Source: Opitutales bacterium
Lineage (GTDB): Bacteria; Verrucomicrobiota; Verrucomicrobiia; Opitutales; UBA2987
DNA: 64,000 bases
Assembly: GCA_021772515.1 (NCBI GenBank)
Contig: JAJFLU010000026.1
Span: 77,813 to 141,812, forward strand
Direction of reading: 5' to 3'
The notes beneath the pieces were generated by a model, which had not been told where the DNA came from, did not search any database, and worked only from the letters and a program-made list of their open reading frames with translations. The stretch's first letter is position 1; each line of letters starts with the position of its first letter. The position numbers and the translations under genes are program-made. Below, in pieces: positions 29,403 to 37,618 of the stretch.

Positions 29403-30802
29403 GTGAACCCCCTGAGAAACAAGGCCGCCAGGCCCGGCTTTGGGAAGCCCTCCTTCCGATAGGCACGCTGATAGTTTTCCTGGCTCTCAATATCAAGCTT
29501 TACGGCGGCGAACCGCATATTCCGCTGGTAATCGGCGCGGTGGTGGCCGCCATTGTGGGCCTAAGCCTTGGCTATCCCTGGAAATCCATTGAGGATGGTA
29601 TGGTGAAGGGAATCGTAATTTCCCTCAAAGCGGTGCTCATTTTGCTCATTATCGGTGTGCTGATCGGATCCTGGATCGCCAGCGGTGTGGTGCCCATCAT
29701 GATTTTTTACGGGCTCAAGCTGCTCACACCGGAGATTTTTCTCATCGCCGCCTGCATCATCTGCTCGATCATCTCGCTGGCCACGGGCAGTTCCTGGACA
29801 ACCGCTGGGACGGTGGGGGTGGCTCTTGTGGGGGTGGGGCAGGGCCTCGGCGTGCATCCGGGAATGGTGGCCGGGGCCATTATTTCGGGCGCCTATTTCG
29901 GCGATAAAATGTCACCCCTTTCCGACACCACAAACCTGGCTCCAGCGGTGGCTGGCGCGGACCTTTTTGACCATATTCGGCACATGGCTTTTACGACGGT
30001 GCCGGCGTTGATAATTGCCTTAATCCTTTATGCCATTCTGGGCTTTAAGGTTGCGGGAAAAACAGAGGTTTCGAGTGAGGAAATCAACCTGATGCTGGCC
30101 ACAATCGAAACGGGTTTCAATCTCAACCCCTTGCTTCTTCTGCCGCCGGTTCTGGTTATTTTCATGGTCATCTATCGAATCCCCGCGCTGCCCGCCTTGC
30201 TTGGGGGGGCGGCTCTGGGAGGTGTTTTGGGGATGATTTTTCAGGGTATGAGCATGGGCGATGTTTTTGCAGTGGCAAAGGATGGCTATGTGGCGACCAC
30301 GGGGGTCAGCGATGTGGATCGGCTGCTCAGTCGCGGCGGCATGGTTGGGATGATGAATACGATAGCCCTCATTCTGTGCGCGATGTCATTTGGGGGAGTG
30401 ATGGAAAAAACCGGTATGCTCATGGTGATTGCCAATACTATTTTGAAGTTGGCCAAAAACACGGGCTCTCTAATCGCCTCGACGATGGCCACCTGCATCA
30501 CCATGAACATCATCGCGCCGGACCAGTATCTCTCCATCGTGGTTCCCGGCAGGATGTATCGCAACGCCTTTGAAAAAGCCAATCTGCACCCGAAAAATCT
30601 CTCCCGGTGCCTCGAGGATGCGGGGACTCTTAGCTCGCCATTGGTGGCCTGGAATACCTGCGGGGTTTACATGTTCGGGGCGCTCGGGGTTTCCCCCTTT
30701 GTTTACCTCCCCTTCGCTTTTCTAAACCTGATCACTCCCATAATTTCCATAACCTACGGTTTCACCGGCTGGACAATGGAGCCGCTGGAAGAAAAAAGAT
30801 GA
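29399..30802 (+). CDS. nhaC: Na+/H+ antiporter, NhaC family
   Basis: 467 aa, about 11-12 TM helices, NhaC-like sequence throughout. ATGA start/stop overlap with the upstream amidohydrolase gene. Confidence 0.82.
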   Translation: MSEPPEKQGRQARLWEALLPIGTLIVFLALNIKLYGGEPHIPLVIGAVVAAIVGLSLGYPWKSIEDGMVKGIVISLKAVLILLIIGVLIGSWIASGVVPIMIFYGLKLLTPEIFLIAACIICSIISLATGSSWTTAGTVGVALVGVGQGLGVHPGMVAGAIISGAYFGDKMSPLSDTTNLAPAVAGADLFDHIRHMAFTTVPALIIALILYAILGFKVAGKTEVSSEEINLMLATIETGFNLNPLLLLPPVLVIFMVIYRIPALPALLGGAALGGVLGMIFQGMSMGDVFAVAKDGYVATTGVSDVDRLLSRGGMVGMMNTIALILCAMSFGGVMEKTGMLMVIANTILKLAKNTGSLIASTMATCITMNIIAPDQYLSIVVPGRMYRNAFEKANLHPKNLSRCLEDAGTLSSPLVAWNTCGVYMFGALGVSPFVYLPFAFLNLITPIISITYGFTGWTMEPLEEKR

Positions 30803-30954
30803 CCAATAAAGAAAAATCCCCCTCCCCCTCCATCCAGATTAAGAAAAATCCAAGGAGAAAATTTCGAATCGAAGACCTCGTTTCAAAAATCCCAAAAAAT
30901 TCGAAATTCAAAGAAGTAGACTGGGGTAAACCACAAGGTCGGGAAGTTTGGTGA
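30799..30954 (+). pseudogene. MazE/PemI-type antitoxin relic (C-terminal third only)
   Basis: A 51-codon ORF not in the track: MTNKEKSPSPSIQIKKNPRRKFRIEDLVSKIPKNSKFKEVDWGKPQGREVW. Its last ~35 aa align to the toxin-binding C-terminus of MazE (..L...IT.EN.H.E.DWG.P.G.EVW). The AbrB-fold DNA-binding N-terminus is missing. The ATG overlaps the nhaC stop. Confidence 0.5.
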
Positions 30955-31154
30955 TGGTAATGTCCAATTACAGGGACAGACCGCATTCACCCTTTCACGT
31001 TGGCATACCCGACCATTGTTCCATTCATGGATTTATAATGGCCGAGCAAATTAAATCTGTGGATTTCAGTGCCCGTCGAATAAAATTTATAGAGAAAGCA
31101 CCGGATGAGATTTTGGATGAGGTTTTAGCGATTATCGACGCCTGTATTTTTTAA
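30954..31154 (+). pseudogene. MazF/PemK-type toxin relic (C-terminal ~60 aa only)
   Basis: MVMSNYRDRPHSPFHVGIPDHCSIHGFIMAEQIKSVDFSARRIKFIEKAPDEILDEVLAIIDACIF aligns to the C-terminal half of MazF/PemK (..DQ.R..D...R......V....M.EV...L). The first ~45 aa of the fold are absent. TGATG overlap with the antitoxin relic. Confidence 0.6.
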
Positions 31155-31176
31155 TGATCCAGATTGAGAACTTAAG

Positions 31177-31668
31177 GTGACTGGATCAATACGGAAGCGA
31201 AACCTGATACTTTCGGTAGTGCTAACTCTGCTGAGCGGGGGTCTTTACTGGTTCTTTTGGGTAGTTTCAATCTCCAGGCAAATTAACAAAATTTCCGGAG
31301 ATGAAATGATTGATGTTAAGCGATTGAAAACACAAATAATATTTTTTCCCTTATTATTGATAGCTTATTCAATTATTCTAAGTCACTTACTCCCACTAGA
31401 AATATTCGGACAGTTCACTATTTTGATAATATTGCCTATATTGTTTTTGATGTTATTTGTTTGGATCGGTTTTTATATAGTAAATGTAGATATTTCGGAC
31501 AAAGTTTATAAACTGCAAACGCGATATTCAACAAAAGAGAAAACGGACGCATTTATTATATACTTTTTATGTGGTTTCTACATATTCGTAATTTTCTACC
31601 TGGATTATAATCTTAATGCGGTGATAGAAAAAGTCAGTAAGCTCGATAACGAACTTTCAAATGTATAA
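31177..31668 (+). CDS. Hypothetical AT-rich multi-pass membrane protein (DUF4234-like N-terminus)
   Basis: 163-aa ORF with a GTG start and four hydrophobic segments. LLSGGLYWFFWVVSISRQINK is reminiscent of DUF4234. One 60-nt line (31381) has 20/60 G+C by hand count. Confidence 0.45.
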   Translation: MTGSIRKRNLILSVVLTLLSGGLYWFFWVVSISRQINKISGDEMIDVKRLKTQIIFFPLLLIAYSIILSHLLPLEIFGQFTILIILPILFLMLFVWIGFYIVNVDISDKVYKLQTRYSTKEKTDAFIIYFLCGFYIFVIFYLDYNLNAVIEKVSKLDNELSNV

Positions 31669-31742
31669 CCGCTCTTCGGAAACTCTCTTGGTAACCGCAA
31701 ATCAAGAGAAAAAGATAACGGTTTTAAATTCATATAGATCTC

Positions 31743-32735
31743 TTATTCCGTAGCGTTTACCTCTGCGGTGTGGAGGCAGGAGACATAGCGATTTTGGTAG
31801 GTTTCGAGTTCGGGGGTGGTTTTGGCGCAGATGTCGGTGGCGAAGGCGCAGCGGGGGTGAAAGGCGCAGCCGCTTGGCGGATTGATGGGGGACGGGGGGT
31901 CGCCCTCCAGAACGATACGGATGCGGGAACGCTCTTTGTCGGGATCCGGCACGGGGATGGCGCTGACGAGGGCTTTGGTGTAGGGGTGGAGAGGGGTTTC
32001 CATCACTTCGGTGGCGATCCCGATTTCCACCAGCTTGCCCAGATACATGACGGCGATGCGGTCGGCGATATATTTGACCACCGAGAGGTCGTGGGAAATG
32101 AATATCATGGTAAGCTCCATTTCCCGGCAGAGTTTTTGGATGAGGTTCAGAATTTGCGATTGGATTGAGACATCCAGGGCTGAAACCGGTTCGTCTGCGA
32201 GGACGAGTTTTGGCTCGGGGGCGAGGCAGCGGGCGATGGCGATGCGTTGGCGTTGGCCGCCGGAAAATTCGTGCGGGTATTTTTTCATCTGCGCGGGGGA
32301 CAAGCCCACGGTTTTCATCAATGCCCCAACCCTCGCGAGCATTTCCTGGCCCTTGCATTTATGGCGGGTATTGATGGCCTCGGCAAGGGTGTCGAAAACG
32401 GTCATTCGGGGGTTCAAGGAGGCATAGGGGTCTTGAAAAATCATCTGGAAATTTATGCGTTCGGCCCGCACCTCGCTATTGCTCAGGCAGCAGAGGTCGC
32501 GGCCCTCAAGAATGATCGTCCCCTCGGTCGCCGGGAGTAGTTGCATGATTGTGCGGGCGAGCGTCGATTTTCCACAGCCGGATTCGCCCACCAGCCCAAG
32601 AATTTCCCCTTTTTTCAGGTTTAGCGAAATACCGTCCACCGCCTTGACGTGCCCGACTACCTTGCGGCGAATGACGCCCTGGGTTACGGGAAAATGGGTT
32701 TTGACGGATTCGAGCGTTAAAAAAGCGTTACTCAT
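31743..32735 (-). CDS. oppF: Oligopeptide/dipeptide ABC transporter ATP-binding protein (OppF/DppF type)
   Basis: Walker A GESGCGKST, signature FSGGQRQR, Walker B LVLADEPVSALD and a C-terminal oligopeptide-type Cys-rich extension. Confidence 0.88.
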   Translation of the reverse strand: MSNAFLTLESVKTHFPVTQGVIRRKVVGHVKAVDGISLNLKKGEILGLVGESGCGKSTLARTIMQLLPATEGTIILEGRDLCCLSNSEVRAERINFQMIFQDPYASLNPRMTVFDTLAEAINTRHKCKGQEMLARVGALMKTVGLSPAQMKKYPHEFSGGQRQRIAIARCLAPEPKLVLADEPVSALDVSIQSQILNLIQKLCREMELTMIFISHDLSVVKYIADRIAVMYLGKLVEIGIATEVMETPLHPYTKALVSAIPVPDPDKERSRIRIVLEGDPPSPINPPSGCAFHPRCAFATDICAKTTPELETYQNRYVSCLHTAEVNATE

Positions 32736-32942
32736 GATTAATAATTCACCTCTTCATCTTCGTCTTTTCTTTATTTCAAGTAAAAGTTCCGTTACCCACT
32801 CAAGAAATCTCAGTTCCAGTTGGTAGACCTTCAGTTTTTCGTGATCGAACTGGGTTGTTTTGATTTTGAGCATAGATGATGTTTTGGAAGAGGATGAGGG
32901 AGAGGAAGACGAAGAGTTTGCGTGAGGAAATGGAGATGATTT

Positions 32943-33935
32943 TTACAATTTGATGGTGGCGGGGTCCTCCAGTTGGTAGCGGTGGCAGGAGGTGCTGTGG
33001 TCGGGCTGTAAATCTTTGAGCGCGGTTTGGGTATTGGAGCAGGGGTCTTCTTTGGAAACGGGGCAGCGTTCGTAAAAGGGGCAGCCCGCAAATTCGTTTG
33101 ACAGGTCGGGGGGAATTCCGGGGATGGTATAGAGGTCGTGGCCTTTTTCCTGGAGGGAGGGAATGGATTTGAGCAGCGAGAGCGTGTAGGGGTGGCGGGA
33201 TCGGTAATAGATTTCGTTGGTGACGCCGGATTCGACGATTTTTCCGGCGTACATGACATTTACGCGATCGCAGAAACTGGCCACAACGGCGAGATCGTGG
33301 GTTATGAAAATGACGGCGGTCCCGAGATCTTTTTGGCGCGCTTTGATGAGGTCGAGAATCTGTGCTTGAACGGTCACATCGAGGGCGGTGGAGGGTTCGT
33401 CCGCAATGAGGATTTCGGGATGGGTAATGAGTGCCATGGCGATCATCACTCGCTGGCGCATACCACCGGAAAATTCGTGGGGGTAAAAGTGGACTCTTTT
33501 GGGCGCATCTTGGATACCAACCTCTTCAAGGGCGGCGATGGCTCGATTGAGGGCCGCTTTTTTATCGATTTTCTCGTGGATGAGGAGGGGTTCGATGAGT
33601 TGGGTGGACACCCGCAAATAGGGGTTCAGGGAAGTCATGGGATCCTGAAAAATCATGGAGATTCGCTTGCCACGAATATTGCGGAGGGTCTCCTTTGGGC
33701 AACACAGCAGGTCTGTGCCGTCAAAAATGGCCGTGCCGCTTTTGATTCTTCCCGGCGGCTGCGGGATAAGCCCCATGATCGAATAACAGGTAACCGATTT
33801 ACCGGAACCGGATTCGCCCACAATTCCCAGAGTTTCGCCCGGTTCCAGGTCGAAGGAAACACCATCGACGGCCCGCACAATGCCGTTACGGGTGTGGAAA
33901 TGGGTGGTCAGGTTCTCGACTTCGAGGAGGGGCAT
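32943..33935 (-). CDS. oppD: Oligopeptide/dipeptide ABC transporter ATP-binding protein (OppD/DppD type)
   Basis: Walker [10 protein letters not shown], signature FSGGMRQR, Walker [13 protein letters not shown] and a C-terminal extension. Confidence 0.88.
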   Translation of the reverse strand: MPLLEVENLTTHFHTRNGIVRAVDGVSFDLEPGETLGIVGESGSGKSVTCYSIMGLIPQPPGRIKSGTAIFDGTDLLCCPKETLRNIRGKRISMIFQDPMTSLNPYLRVSTQLIEPLLIHEKIDKKAALNRAIAALEEVGIQDAPKRVHFYPHEFSGGMRQRVMIAMALITHPEILIADEPSTALDVTVQAQILDLIKARQKDLGTAVIFITHDLAVVASFCDRVNVMYAGKIVESGVTNEIYYRSRHPYTLSLLKSIPSLQEKGHDLYTIPGIPPDLSNEFAGCPFYERCPVSKEDPCSNTQTALKDLQPDHSTSCHRYQLEDPATIKL

Positions 33936-33938
33936 TTA

Positions 33939-34856
33939 TCAGTCTTTGGATGATTTCGGATCGAGGGCATCGCGGAGGCCGTCACCGAGAAAGTTGAGGG
34001 AAAAAAGGGTGGCGGAGAAAAATGCTGCGGGAGCAATGAGGAGCCAGGGAAACACCGTCATGCTGTCGGCCCCTTCCTTGATGAGGACGCCCCAAGAGCT
34101 CATTGGCGGGGGCACGCCGAGACCGAGAAAGCTGAGGACGGCCTCGAGCAGCATGACTGCGGGCACGGTTAAGGTAGCGTAAACGATGACGGGGCCGAGA
34201 ACATTGGGTATGAGGTGGCGCAGAACGATTCGGGAATTACTGTGCCCAAGCGAGACGGCTGCCTCGATGTATTCCTGCTGGTTGAGCGACAGAACCTGAC
34301 CTCGAACGATTCGCGCCATGGTCAACCATTCGACCGCGCCGATTGCGACAAAAAGAAGGATCACGCTGCGGCCAAAAATAACCATCAATAAAATCACAAA
34401 TATGGTGAATGGGAGGGCATACAGTATATCGACAAATCGCATCATAAAGGCGTCGGTCTTACCTCCTAAATAACCCGAGACCGCCCCGTAAACGACCCCG
34501 ATAATGAGAGAAACTGCGGTTGCCAGGAATCCCACGCCGAGCGATACGCGGCCACCATACATGATGCGGGTCAGTTGGTCGCGCCCGAGCGTATCGGTGC
34601 CCAGCCAATGCTCGGTGTTGGGAGATTGGGCATTGTAGGCAAGTTCCTGCTGCTCATTCGAGTAAGGGGAAAGCAGTGGGCCGATGATGCAAAAAACAGT
34701 CATAAAGATGAAAAGAATCAAACTGGCAAAAGCGAGGTGGTTTTTGCGAAGCCGGTGCCAGGCATCCTTCCATAGAGAACTGCCCTCCTCTATTTTCTCT
34801 ATCGGAATGACGGGGAGATCCTGTGGACTTAAGGTTTTCATCGATTCGAGAGACAT
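33939..34856 (-). CDS. oppC: Oligopeptide ABC transporter permease (OppC/DppC type)
   Basis: 305 aa, BPD-transporter inner-membrane component, placed between oppB and oppD. Confidence 0.88.
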   Translation of the reverse strand: MSLESMKTLSPQDLPVIPIEKIEEGSSLWKDAWHRLRKNHLAFASLILFIFMTVFCIIGPLLSPYSNEQQELAYNAQSPNTEHWLGTDTLGRDQLTRIMYGGRVSLGVGFLATAVSLIIGVVYGAVSGYLGGKTDAFMMRFVDILYALPFTIFVILLMVIFGRSVILLFVAIGAVEWLTMARIVRGQVLSLNQQEYIEAAVSLGHSNSRIVLRHLIPNVLGPVIVYATLTVPAVMLLEAVLSFLGLGVPPPMSSWGVLIKEGADSMTVFPWLLIAPAAFFSATLFSLNFLGDGLRDALDPKSSKD

Positions 34857-34864
34857 GGAAGGAC

Positions 34865-35869
34865 TTACTCGTATTTGAGTTTTGGATTCATGATGACCTG
34901 GACGACATCCACCAAAAGATTCATGATAATAATAAAGGTAGCATAAAACAGGACCGTTCCCAGAACCATGGTGTAATCGCGATTGAACGCGGAGTTGATA
35001 AAATGCCGTCCGAGCCCAGGAATCTGAAAAATTGTCTCGATGACAAAGGAACCGCTGATCATACCCGCCAAGGCAGGCCCCATAAAGGAGACGACCGGCA
35101 GGAGTCCGCCCTTGAGCGAATGTTTGAAAATGATTTTGGATTCGGGAACGCCCTTGGCCCGGGCGGTGCGGATGAAATCCTGCGACAATATTTCGAGCAT
35201 CCCGCCGCGGGTGAGGCGGGCAACATAGGCAGCGTAGTAGAGCCCGAGGGTCAGTGAGGGCAGAATGATGTCACTCCATGTGAACCAGCCTGAGACATTT
35301 ACCCACCCCAGCCAAAGCCCAAAAGTGAGGGCAAGTATTGGCCCCATCACAAAGGTAGGCAGGCATATACCAACCATGGCCACGGACATGGGGACGTAAT
35401 CGAGGGCGGTGTTTTTGCCGATGGAGGCGATAATCCCTGCGGGAACGCCCAAAAAGAGAGCAATCGTGAGGGCGACAATACCCAATTTCATGGAAACCGG
35501 AAAAGATTCTGCAATGAGTTCGTTAACGGTGCGGCCTTCGTATTTGTAGGAAGGGCCGAAATCGATTCCAAAAACCTCCTTGAGATCGAAATTGAATACG
35601 CGACGCCCCTCCGATTTGTCATAGACAAACAATTTAAAGGGGTTGAATTTTTTCGGACATATTTTAACCAGGTAATTCCAGTATTGCACATAAACGGGAT
35701 CATTTAACCCGTAGTGCTCGTTCATTTTTTCGAGAATTTCGGGGCGCACATTTCGCTCCTGACTGAAGGGGCCTCCGGGCGCCGCGTGGACCATGAAAAA
35801 AGTCATGGTGGCGATGGCCAGCAATACAGGGATTACCTGGAGGAAGCGGATTAGGATAAATTTGAACAT
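34865..35869 (-). CDS. oppB: Oligopeptide ABC transporter permease (OppB/DppB type)
   Basis: 334 aa starting MFKFILIRFLQVIPVLL, typical of OppB/DppB. Confidence 0.88.
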   Translation of the reverse strand: MFKFILIRFLQVIPVLLAIATMTFFMVHAAPGGPFSQERNVRPEILEKMNEHYGLNDPVYVQYWNYLVKICPKKFNPFKLFVYDKSEGRRVFNFDLKEVFGIDFGPSYKYEGRTVNELIAESFPVSMKLGIVALTIALFLGVPAGIIASIGKNTALDYVPMSVAMVGICLPTFVMGPILALTFGLWLGWVNVSGWFTWSDIILPSLTLGLYYAAYVARLTRGGMLEILSQDFIRTARAKGVPESKIIFKHSLKGGLLPVVSFMGPALAGMISGSFVIETIFQIPGLGRHFINSAFNRDYTMVLGTVLFYATFIIIMNLLVDVVQVIMNPKLKYE

Positions 35870-35917
35870 GCCCGGGATTACAGTTGTTTCAGCCTCATCA
35901 TTCCGCGACTCTCCAAA

Positions 35918-37567
35918 TCACTCGCCGAGATCGAAATAAATATACTTGTAAGGCCGATTATCGAGCAATTTGGGATTCCAGTTTATTACAATCGGATCGA
36001 GCAAATATACTCGCGTGTACCAATAAATAGGCACAATGGGCACCTCGGTTAGGAGCAGTTTTTCGGCTGATTCGAGGGCGGTAAAGTGCTCTTCCGGGCT
36101 ATTGGCTTGCTTGGCCTTGTTGATTAACCGGTCGTATTCGGGGTTGGCCCAGCCGGTGTCGTTGTTTCCATTACCGGTGGTGTACATGTCGAGAAAGGTA
36201 ATGGGGTCGGTAAAATCGGCAATCCAGCCCGAGCGGGACAAATCGTATTGCAAATTGGTCTGGGCATCGAGGTAAACCTTCCATTCCTGGTTCGAAATCG
36301 AGATGGGTATGTTGAGATTTTTCCTCCACATTTCCTGGATGGCCTCGGCAATTTTTTTATGATTTTCGGAGGTATTAATGAGGATGTCCATCGGTGGGAA
36401 ACCCTCGCCGTTGGGAAACCCGGCCTCGGCCAACAAGGTGCGCGCTTTTTCAACATCGTAGCTCAGCGGTTGAGGGGTTGGGTAGCCCGACATGCCGTCG
36501 GGGGTATAGCCATAGGCGGGGCGCTGACCACCTTTGGTCACCTGCTCGACGATGAGAACTCGGTCGAGCGAGAGGTTTAGCGCCATGCGCACCCGCACGT
36601 CGTCCATCGGAGGGCGGGTGGTATTGAGGCGATAAAAATAAACGCCGTGATAGGGTTCGATGTGGAGGAGGTCCGGATTATTTTTCTTATGGTAGGGAAT
36701 TTTCTCAACGGGCAAGGTATTGGTGTTGTGGGCTTGGCCGGCCAAAAAAGTGGTCTCATCGGTGTTCGGATTTTCGATGGGGAAAAAACGTATCTCATTG
36801 AGTTTCATTATGTCCCGATCCCAGTATGTCGGGCTTTTGGTCACGCGGATGATTTGGTTGACTTTCCATTCCGCGAGGACGAAGGCTCCGTTGCCGACAA
36901 AATTCTCGGGGCGCGACCACTGGGAAACGCGGTCGTCGATCTTGCCAAACTTCTCGATCGTTGGGGGGTGGACGGGAAACCACGAGTAGTGCTTGAGCAT
37001 ACTGAGAAAATACGGGGTTGGGCCGACCAGCGTCACGCGCAGGGTTTTATCGTCGATGGCTTTCAAGCCCACTTTATCGAAGTCCGTATTTTCGCCACGA
37101 TTGTAGGCTTCGCCCCCTTCGATGATGTAGAGCATATCGGCATATTCAGCGCCAAGATTTGGGGAGAGCATCCGTTTATAGGAATAGATAAAATCATGGG
37201 AGGTAACGGGATCACCGTTGGACCAAAGGGCATCTTCACGGAGAAAAAAGGTCCAAACTTTATAGTTTTCAGTCGGCTCCCAGCGTTCGGCCACACCGGG
37301 CGCGGGTATCGAATCATCATCCACATGGTAGGCGATCAAGCCCTCTATGAGCGACGAAATGATATGGTTTTCTGGAACGCCGGTCACGATGTGGGGGTCC
37401 AGTCCCTTGGGCTCTGTTCCATTGTTAAATAGCAAAATACCTTCGCGGGCAGCTTTCAGGGACGGCTTCTCTTTTTTACCACAACCCGTGGCTATCAGGA
37501 TGGAAAAGGCCGCGAGGGCGATGATTGGCCACATTTTGAAAAATATATTAGTCCTGTCAGGATTCAT
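35918..37567 (-). CDS. oppA: Peptide ABC transporter substrate-binding lipoprotein (SBP family 5)
   Basis: 549 aa with lipobox LIATGC, and family-5 SBP sequence throughout. It is the first gene of the opp operon. Confidence 0.88.
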   Translation of the reverse strand: MNPDRTNIFFKMWPIIALAAFSILIATGCGKKEKPSLKAAREGILLFNNGTEPKGLDPHIVTGVPENHIISSLIEGLIAYHVDDDSIPAPGVAERWEPTENYKVWTFFLREDALWSNGDPVTSHDFIYSYKRMLSPNLGAEYADMLYIIEGGEAYNRGENTDFDKVGLKAIDDKTLRVTLVGPTPYFLSMLKHYSWFPVHPPTIEKFGKIDDRVSQWSRPENFVGNGAFVLAEWKVNQIIRVTKSPTYWDRDIMKLNEIRFFPIENPNTDETTFLAGQAHNTNTLPVEKIPYHKKNNPDLLHIEPYHGVYFYRLNTTRPPMDDVRVRMALNLSLDRVLIVEQVTKGGQRPAYGYTPDGMSGYPTPQPLSYDVEKARTLLAEAGFPNGEGFPPMDILINTSENHKKIAEAIQEMWRKNLNIPISISNQEWKVYLDAQTNLQYDLSRSGWIADFTDPITFLDMYTTGNGNNDTGWANPEYDRLINKAKQANSPEEHFTALESAEKLLLTEVPIVPIYWYTRVYLLDPIVINWNPKLLDNRPYKYIYFDLGE

Positions 37568-37618
37568 TTTTATTTGGTTTGATTAATTTTGTGGCCTCTG
37601 GAGGTCTGGGAAAAAAAT

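Noticed and set aside
31702-32358. 218-aa Arg/Pro-rich minus-strand ORF
   Set aside because: It is an alternative frame of the oppF gene. Its R/P/G-rich composition is what out-of-frame GC-rich coding sequence produces, while the oppF frame has complete ABC motifs.
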